Source of the DNA: an uncultured Planctomycetia bacterium
GTDB lineage: Bacteria; Omnitrophota; Gorgyraeia; 2-01-FULL-45-10
Direction of reading: 5' to 3'
Assembly (NCBI GenBank): GCA_964433975.1
Contig: CAYSSS010000002.1
Coordinates: 34,441-98,440, forward strand
Length of the DNA stretch: 64,000 bases
Below, piece by piece: positions 20,501 through 28,500 of this stretch; within the stretch, counting starts at the first letter, position 1; the number at the start of each line of letters is the position of its first letter. The notes under the pieces were generated by a model. The model did no database searches. It worked only from the letters and a program-made list of their open reading frames with translations, and was not told the origin of the DNA. A program made the position numbers and the translations under genes.

Positions 20501-23500
20501 GCTGGCATATGTCTTCCCGATACTCGATTCTTATAATCTACTCAAAAAGCATATAGAATCAAAAGAGGCGGACAATATGCATATATACATATATAATTCT
20601 CCCGAGGAGGTAGGATATCAGCCGCCCACGAGAATAGTAATAGCGGCGAATGACAGGGACCATCTTGTGGTCGATGCCACGAATCTGGTTGTCAACAAAT
20701 TATCGAGTATAATCGGCAAGACAATATATATACCACCGAGGTTATATTCGTATTCCACATCTCATTATGATAATCGGTATCCGATCTTGTATTTTGACGT
20801 CGTATGCATAGATAATAAAACTGGCGCGCAGCTGCCGCTAACGGAAGATGACATAGCGAAAATTTACGATAAATTCAACCTGCGGCCGATATTCGAAGGT
20901 TCAGCCGGCCCGGTCAAAATATACGGCGTAAGGAAGGAAGAATTAAGAGAGGCCATCGAGCCGGCTATGGACAAGGCGATATGGAAACGCAATACGGCGG
21001 CGGAGAGGGCGCTTAAGAGCAAACCTTCCGGCGGAGCAAGGATAGCCGCAGGCGGCGCCGTAGTTGTGCCGGAAATAAATAGCGCTGATTTTAAAGAGAA
21101 GATATGCCGTTGGTGGGATACCGACAGGTTCGTGCGCCTCAAAATAGCCTCAGCCATACAGGATCTCGGAGCCGCCATCGATACCATAACGGCGACACCA
21201 GGCATAATGCACCTTTCGATGGGGGAGATCGCAAAGCGCATAAAGGAAAAGATAACCCATCCGCACAGGCAAGAGGCGATGACCAACCTCATGATAATAA
21301 TAAAGACAGATATTATACCGCAGACCATGCGCGATGGCCCTAAAGCTAGAAAGATAAGGTTATTGCTGGAAGACAGGATCATAAAGAAGATCAATAGTTA
21401 TCAGCAGGAGAGCAATGATTGTCGCAGTGTAGGAGACGAAAAAAAAGCGGAAGAGTTAAAAGCGCTCGCGGCCGAATTTAAAACGCTCGGCGATGAGTTG
21501 ATGAAAGAATTTATAAAGAGAAGTGACTGGGTTCCCGATGAGATGGTGGAGCATGAATGCAACCGACTTAAGGAAGCCGTTGAGAGTATAAAGGCCAAAG
21601 TAATTGCCGGCGCCAGCATGGTAAACGTTCAGATTGCAATGTCATATAATGGTCCGATGAATGCCCTTATCGAGAAAGGCAAGGGCATGATAAGGCAGCC
21701 ATGCCCCGATGACCCTATACAGACTCAGCATCTATCTGCGGCCAGCGCTATGCTTGGCCTGGCAAAATTCGCGGGAGATTACTCCAGGGAAGCGAAAGAT
21801 TTAGGTAACTCCACAGGCGAATCGATCTGGAGGGATTTTGAACATCAGCTCCTTATAAGCGCCGGGCTTCTTGAGATAAGGCCTGTCATAGGCGGGTTAT
21901 TAAAAGACGAGATCATACAGATGGAAGAAGATAACCTGCGGGATATCCTGGGTACGATAGGGCGCCTGCATAACCAGATGGAAGAAGACGGCATGATATC
22001 GCCGTACAGCATGCCTTTCATACAAATGTTAAGGGCGGAAGCCATTCCCGAGATAAAAAATGGGAATACCGCCACCAAAGCCGTAAGCAGTATCATGGAT
22101 GCGGCGATAAAAAAAGAAGAGAACCCAAAAGCGAAGCGCGCCATGACCAGAACATCGGATATGATACTACAGGAGCTTAACGCCATAAGGGTGCTCGACG
22201 ATTCCGACGGCTCGATAGATCTTGAAAAGCCCATAGTGATAGTCACCAAAAACCTCGATCTCTATGTGGCGCTGAAAATTTTCAGAGAGAGCAACAAGAT
22301 AGCGGCCATAATCACGGACGAGGACGTACCTACCGCGCACTGGGCGATAGTGGCAAGCAGCAGAGTGCCCGTATTTACAAGCACCCGTTCGGAGACCGGC
22401 CAGGCCGCGACGTCGCTCATAAACAACAATGACATGGTATTTGTATATGAGATGACCGGGGCGATACGCGCGGGCGCCTCCTCCGAGACGATCATGGCGC
22501 TCGATATGAAGAAGGCCGAGGGGGCTATACTGCAGTCCGCGGCGGACCCGAGAAGGCTTGAGGATGCCAAAACTACGGACGGCGTTTCCTGTAATTTTAC
22601 GATAGACATGAGGGACCCCAGGGATTTCAGAAAATCGCTGGACTACGGCTTTAAAGACGTCGGCCTGTTACGCTCGGAATTGATCTATCAGGAGAGCAAC
22701 GGCCTGCCTTCCGATGAGGAGCTGGAAAGAATATTCACACGAATAGCTGATGCCACCGAAGGAACTGTCACCATAAGGATGTTCGATATGCAGCCCGATA
22801 AGAAGCCATCATATCTTCCGCATACCGGTCTTAAGGGTACGGCATACTTATTGAGCGATGGAACGCGGGATACAATCACTATGCCGCTCTTACGCGCTAT
22901 AACGAGGGCGTATTATAGATCAAAGGCGCGCAATATACGGATCTCATTCCCGAACGTTATGGACGGTCCGGAAGCATCGCAGGCCCGTAGTATTGCCACG
23001 AGCGTAGTAGCGGATATCAAGAAAGAGCTTGGCCTGACGACGGAAGCGCCGAATATGCCCATCGGAAATATGATAGAAAAGAAAGAAGCCGTAGATAACA
23101 GAAATGATATCGCAGCCAATTCCGATTTTATCAGTATAGGTACCAACGACCTTAGTGACGACATACGCGGTATTAATGACAGGACAAGCGCAGCCGGCTC
23201 TACAGAGTTTCCTTTTGAACTGGCAAAAGATATCATGCTTGTTTACGAGTCGGTGTCGCGCGCGAAGATCCCTCTCAGCATATGCGGTGAACGAGCTCAG
23301 GATTTAGAGACTATTTTAGTCGGCCTTGCAGTTTCGCAGGGAGAATCAAACAGGATAACATTTGTTGTGAGGCCCGATCAGGTGGCGCGGTTGAAACAGA
23401 TCGTAAGAAATACCGATATTTCAAAATTCATCTTGGAGGCAAAGTCTTATATCGCTAAATTTATCGAAGAGGCGCCTCCCGAAGAATCAGACGCGTATCC

Positions 23501-24902
23501 TGAATTTGAAAAGCGCCAAAAGGCGCTGGAAAAGGAGTTCGACGCCCTGCTGAAAAAGATCAAAGAGCGCCTGGTAAGAGCTTCGGTGATCGACGCGTTC
23601 AAGAAGATAGAGAAGCCGCGTCAGCCGGAACTGCCATTAGAGATGGGATCACCCAAAGGCCTCGGCCCGCAGGCCGGGGCGATGCCTGTGTGGGCAGCCC
23701 TTATACCTATAACCCTGGCTATTGGCGTTGTGCTACTCTTAGTAAAAGCGGGCATTATGCTTCGAGAGGCATGGAAGACGACGGCAAAAGCGAAACCGTC
23801 TATTGTAATAGGGATACCGGATATCGGCGAAAGCGGGAAACAGGATATGCTGCGTATCGCTATTAATAATGTCGCGCCGTCATTCGCGGAAAGAATAGAA
23901 ATAGTAACTCTTCCCGGTAATACAAACGATACGGAAAATTACGAGCAACTGAGATCAGGTCCCAAAAAAGCCGATATAGTCATCCCGATTGCGCGCGAAT
24001 TTGTACAGTCTGCAGGTAGCGTGGACGATACCGAAAAGCGGATCAGCAAATTTCTTAAATACATGACGGGTGAATATTTCACGCATACCAATCCGGATAT
24101 TATGAATTGGAGTGATGAATTGTCAAAGATTAATAGCGCCCAAGGACAGAGAGCTTTTTTAACGAGCGTTCTGGCAAGGCTAACGCCTGTGCTACAACCG
24201 GCAGTAGCCCAAAGGCTGGCGACCCTCGATCTATACAACACAAGGATGGCTAATATAGCCCGTCAGATCGGTGTTAAGCAGAAGGCATCGCCTGGCGTAG
24301 AAGCATTTATCGAAGAGACTAAAGAGCCGCATCTTTTGAGTATGCGCGCCGATTCATTCGGCGAAGTAAAGCTATTAGCGGAAGAGCACCGTAATAGGAT
24401 GAATGCCAGTGGCAAAAAAGACTATCCTGTCAAATTGCAGATAAGGCTTACGGTGAAAGACGAAAATGAAAAACAAAAACTCGAACTTCAGAAAACCGCG
24501 CTGCTTCAAACCATGGATATAGGTATAGACACGCTCAGTCCGGAAGACCTGATATTGGTGTCGGGAAGCGAAGCAAATGCCTTAACTGTAAGCGGAGTAT
24601 ACGAAAAGTATACAAAGACTTATGACAAGAAGAGGGTGGCCATTGTCGATACCGTGCGGGAAGGTAGGCTCGAAGAAGTGCCCGAAGGCATTGTCTTCAT
24701 GGAATATGAGGAAGTGGCTAACCCGAGAGTATATGATGCCGCTATAGAGCTTATTGCCAATAAGCCTGCTCAACCGCCGCCCGGATTCAGGCCGTCAGAT
24801 AACGGCAGGTGGTTTATACTATTGCCTCCGGTGAAAAAAGTAGAATTTAAAAAGCTGAAACAAGAGATAGAGAGGTATAACGCAATCATCAGAAGCGCTT
24901 AA
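12636..24902 (+). CDS. Giant (4,088 aa) exported/membrane multidomain protein: N-module, 2x CPBP protease, GGDEF, UPF0489-like, EI/PEP-utilizing module, shared C-terminal domain
   Basis: Uninterrupted 12.3-kb ORF from GTG 12636 to TAA 24900-24902. It has an extended signal peptide (…[26 protein letters not shown]). Domain motifs are listed in the sub-features. Internal TM segments lie at ~17160-17385, ~18598-18715 and ~23680-23765, and a Pro/Ala-rich linker at ~17395-17530. C-terminal tail [31 protein letters not shown]. Confidence 0.92.
   Translation: [4088 protein letters not shown]
16215..16520 (+). other. CPBP (CAAX protease / bacteriocin-processing) intramembrane glutamic metalloprotease domain #1
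   Basis: All three family motifs appear in order within hydrophobic helices: EEAGFR (EExxxR), FVLLH (FxxxH) and HIIIN (HxxxN). Confidence 0.75.
16560..17085 (+). other. GGDEF diguanylate-cyclase domain (GGEEI variant) with an intact RxxD I-site
   Basis: DELTKLGNR...[28 protein letters not shown]...[18 protein letters not shown]...SIGVSQY...[15 protein letters not shown]. GGEEI is at 16794-16808. RQED is at 16767-16778, five residues upstream of GG. Confidence 0.88.
19000..19640 (+). other. UPF0489-like (arginase/deacetylase-fold-like) His/Asp-rich domain, tentative
   Basis: [14 protein letters not shown] (about 19141) and [15 protein letters not shown] (about 19225-19265) resemble the paired xDxHHxxL / DxHPD motifs of UPF0489 family proteins, as I recall them. 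Confidence 0.35.
19815..20210 (+). other. CPBP intramembrane glutamic metalloprotease domain #2
   Basis: EELIFR (EExxxR), FTRLH (FxxxH) and HIIAN (HxxxN) appear in order within a multi-helix hydrophobic block. Confidence 0.75.
22230..23400 (+). other. PEP-utilizing enzyme module (Enzyme I / PPDK-type phosphohistidine swivel domain plus PEP-binding TIM barrel)
   Basis: Swivel domain: [28 protein letters not shown], where His 22338-22340 aligns with the phospho-His of the GGxTSHAAIxARxxGIP motif. Barrel: [11 protein letters not shown]...[12 protein letters not shown]...[14 protein letters not shown]...[11 protein letters not shown]...[14 protein letters not shown]...[12 protein letters not shown], which is colinear with PtsI/PPDK C-terminal domains. 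Confidence 0.8.
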
Positions 24903-24915
24903 CATAGTTATAGGG

Positions 24916-25485
24916 GTGAAGATGATAAAATTGACCAAGTATATAATTACGGTGAGCCGGCTCGCCAGGATAATAGATTCCAGCGATGTCTGCAGGCGCC
25001 GGCATTGTTATAAGGTAGAGCGCTGTTCGCTCTTAATAGCCCAGAGAATAGGTCTTTCATCCAAAGAAGTCAGGGTAATAAAGATAGCCGGCATGCTGCA
25101 CGATGTTGGGAAAATAGGCATAGATCTGTCCATTATTAAAAAGCCCGCCAAATTAACGGCTGAGGAATGGGCGCAGGTAAAAAGGCATCCTGATATAGGC
25201 GCCAATATTGCGGGGCAGTTAGGTGTTCTTAAAGAAGCCTCAGATATTATAAGGCATCATCATGCGTGTTTCGGAGGAGGCGGTTATCCGGACCCAAAGA
25301 TAGCGGGCGAGAGGATTCCGATCGGATCGCGCATAATATTCGTAGCTGATGCTTATGATGCGATGACGAGCGACCGTCCTTATAGAAAGGCGATGTCGGA
25401 AGAGGCTGCCATTGATGAGCTGAAAAGATGCCGAGGCCGGCAATTCGACCCGGATATAGTAAAGGCATTTGTAAGTATTAAGTAG
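24916..25485 (+). CDS. Stand-alone HD-GYP domain protein (putative c-di-GMP phosphodiesterase)
   Basis: It starts 13 nt after the stop of the 12636 gene. ATG 24922 behind the SD AGGGG (24912-24916) may be the real start rather than GTG 24916. Motifs: GMLHDVGKIGI (HD), KRHPDIG, IIRHHHACFGGGGYPD (HH...GYP), FVADAYDAMTSDRPYRKA. The HHExxDG core reads HHACFGG, so activity is uncertain. Confidence 0.85.
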   Translation: MKMIKLTKYIITVSRLARIIDSSDVCRRRHCYKVERCSLLIAQRIGLSSKEVRVIKIAGMLHDVGKIGIDLSIIKKPAKLTAEEWAQVKRHPDIGANIAGQLGVLKEASDIIRHHHACFGGGGYPDPKIAGERIPIGSRIIFVADAYDAMTSDRPYRKAMSEEAAIDELKRCRGRQFDPDIVKAFVSIK

Positions 25486-25506
25486 AATAATATATGGAGG
25501 GATGTA

Positions 25507-28500
25507 GTGGGCGATTCAAATATTAAGCCAATTTTCAGGATCATATCGCTTATTCTGATCACCACCTTTATAGCATTAGATATCTCATGGGCTTACCCGC
25601 CTGATCCAAGCGTCCGGAACTCCACGCTAGCTGCGCCTTCACTACTACAGCAAGAGCCGATAAATGATCTCGCTGCGCGCCGGCAGCAATCTACGATCTC
25701 CGATGGTACCATCTTAGGCGCTGTCTGCAGTATTGCCAAATTTCTTCTTGAAGAAAAGATCAAGCTCAAGCATTTAGACCAGGTCCTGACAAGAGAGCTT
25801 GGAAGCGCCGTTCAGGGCATGGATCTGTCCCGCGTTATGGTCCAAGAGAACGGTGTGGTGCTTATTCCTTGCAAGATAGAAGGCAAAGAGAGGATTATAC
25901 AGGTGGCGCTGAAAGATAATGCCGCCGTCAAAGACCTGAAAGGCCGCGAGTGGCCCGTATTGGATAAATATGTAGTAAAAGAACTGCCCGAAGATCACAA
26001 GGATCCGGAAAAAATAGTAAAAGAAGAACGGCTTAGTTTTGTAATGATAAAGCCGGATGGCATAGCCGAAAAAGATCTGATAATAGAGAAGCTGGAAAAG
26101 AGGCTGAAGACTGATGGAGGCCGGATAGTCAAAATATTCGATCCGGTGAGATTGGATGAAGCCAAAGCGCGCGAATTCTATAGGGAGCATATGGAGCTCC
26201 CGTTCTTCAGAGGCCTTGTCACTTATATCCAGTCCGGCATGGTAATACCCATATTGGTGCAGTCCGGGAAAATAGACGCTATAAAGAATGTGCGCGATGA
26301 CGTAGTCGGCCCTACTATGGGTATCATTAAGACGACAGGCGCTGTCGCCGTAGGCACCATAAGGGGTGACCTCATGGCGGATGCTGATAGGCGTGCCCAG
26401 CCTATACCGAATAGAATTCACGCGTCCGATAGCGTTGCAAACGTCGTGCGTGAGGCAAATCTGGTTATCGGCAAAGATACATTTACCGAAGCATTGAGAG
26501 ATCTTGTTCAAGAACCGATCATTCGCGAAGGCCTTGACGTCCAGAAAAAGTCCGGCTCATTATACGAGGATATCATTGCCTCGATCAAACAGGATCTGGA
26601 TAGGCGGGGCGAGGTTTCCTTTGAGGAGTTGTTTGATTTAGTCCAGTCGCTGGTCCCGTCCTCAATGGAAAATCTTCATAAAGCGCTTGTGAAACTGAAG
26701 CCGCTCTCCGAGCGGAAAGATGGTGTCGAAGATACCGAAATATTGACTGCGATAGCGCGGGCGAAAAAAGATTACGGATTATCGGATAGAGAAACCGAGA
26801 TCCTCCGGCTGGCGTTCCTCGGCACGGGGCAAGGAATGAGCCCGAGATTTGAAGAGCTTGAACCGAGGGTTTTGTTAAGCGGGGGCACGAACACAGCGGT
26901 AGAGGATAATCCGGTTTATAACACCATGACTACGGCGATAGTCGCGAATAATTTTGATTACTCATCCAACGATACCGTAAGAGCATCCAATGAAACGCTT
27001 AGCGTAAACCTTGTTTCCAAGACAGCTGTAGTGACAAGATCTGACGGCGGCACCGCCACATTCACAAAGATAGCACTTGTAAATACCGCGGTATCGCCGG
27101 TGCCCAAAAAACTTTTGAGGGCGGGCGACTACACGGATTCATTGGGCCGCGCATGGAGCGTTTACGGCCGGTTGTCCGAATTAAAAGGGTTCAAAGACGC
27201 GGCCGGAACGCCGATAGATATGACTACGAAAAAAATAGTAGTCTTTACGTACGCAGACAGCGTACAGAAGTTATTCTCCAAGGCATCCGTATATGATCGC
27301 TCCGGCGTTCTATCCCTGCCAAGGCAATCGGCTCTGACATCTATAAATATCGGCGGACGGGATTTAAATATATACGGCACATTCAGCGCATTTAAAAACG
27401 CGAAGTACACCGTAACGCGGAAAAACTTAAAGATCACTATAGTCAACCGCAGCAATAGCCGTGACAAAAAGACATTTTCCGTAGGTCCTAAGAGATCGAT
27501 ACTTTCAGAGATGAACCTAACGGCCGATTATCTTTATTACACCGTGAGAACCAACGGAGTTTCAAAGTTAAAGTCCTTCGATCTTCATACCGGAGCGCCC
27601 CTGGCAACGATCAGTCCGGTTGATGTCAATACGCATCCGGCGGTGCCGGCCCAACCGAGCCTGGTATCGGTCCAATCCGGAGACAGACGTCTCTTTGTCC
27701 GGGACCGACTGCCCGACGGCACGCTCGGCCAGCAATACGCGCTTATCTCAAAAGGCGTCAACTGGTCTCCGGCTTCCATCGGCATGGACCCGGCGGCCAT
27801 CACCCAGGAATTCGTTAAATGGTACCAGGCCGACATTCCTTTGATGGCGCAGATGGGCATAAATGTTGTGCGCGTCTACCACGATTTTGGTACGGGCCAG
27901 GACGCTATGAATATACTGGACATGTTTTATAATTACGGCATCAAAGTGATAATGACAGTCGACTCGCCGCAGCATGGCGTCATAGCGGATATGAATAATA
28001 TATCGACGGTGGTCGATGCCTATAAAAACCATCCTGCCATATTGATGTGGGCCATAGGTAATGAGTGGGATATAAATAACTATTATGGCACCTTTACGAG
28101 CCTGGAGCAGTCAGCGCAATTTACCGAGCAGGCCGCTCAACTGATAAAATCCCTCGACTCAAACCATCCGGTTACGAGCGTCATAGGAGATATAGATAGG
28201 TCAGGCGCAAGCCCGCTTTCTACGGCAAATAATATCGTGAATAATCTGGTTCCTGATATTGATGTGTGGGGGATCAATGTATACAGAGGCTTGAGCCTGG
28301 GAGTAGTGTTCCAGCAGTGGAGGACGATATCCCAGAAGCCGATGTTGATAGCGGAGTTTGGGGCGGATTCCTATGACCATAGGATAAACGGGCAGAACCA
28401 GGCCATGCAGGCCTCTATGGACACCGGTATCTGGGACGAGGTATTTTTCGATTTGTCCGCCGAGCGGACCGACGGGGCAACTGTAGGCGTACTTGCCTTT

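Noticed and set aside
25774-26511. Long minus-strand ORFs nested inside the giant genes, e.g. 25774-26511 (245 aa), 44444-45139 (231 aa), 2644-3288 (214 aa), 35942-36562 (206 aa), 10066-10650 (194 aa), 36754-37314 (186 aa), and every other minus-strand ORF in the track.
   Set aside because: All lie antisense to + strand ORFs that carry recognisable domains. Their translations are Ser/Ala/Leu/Phe-rich low-complexity sequence with no motifs, and they have no promoter or SD context. They are typical shadow ORFs produced by codon bias on the opposite strand.
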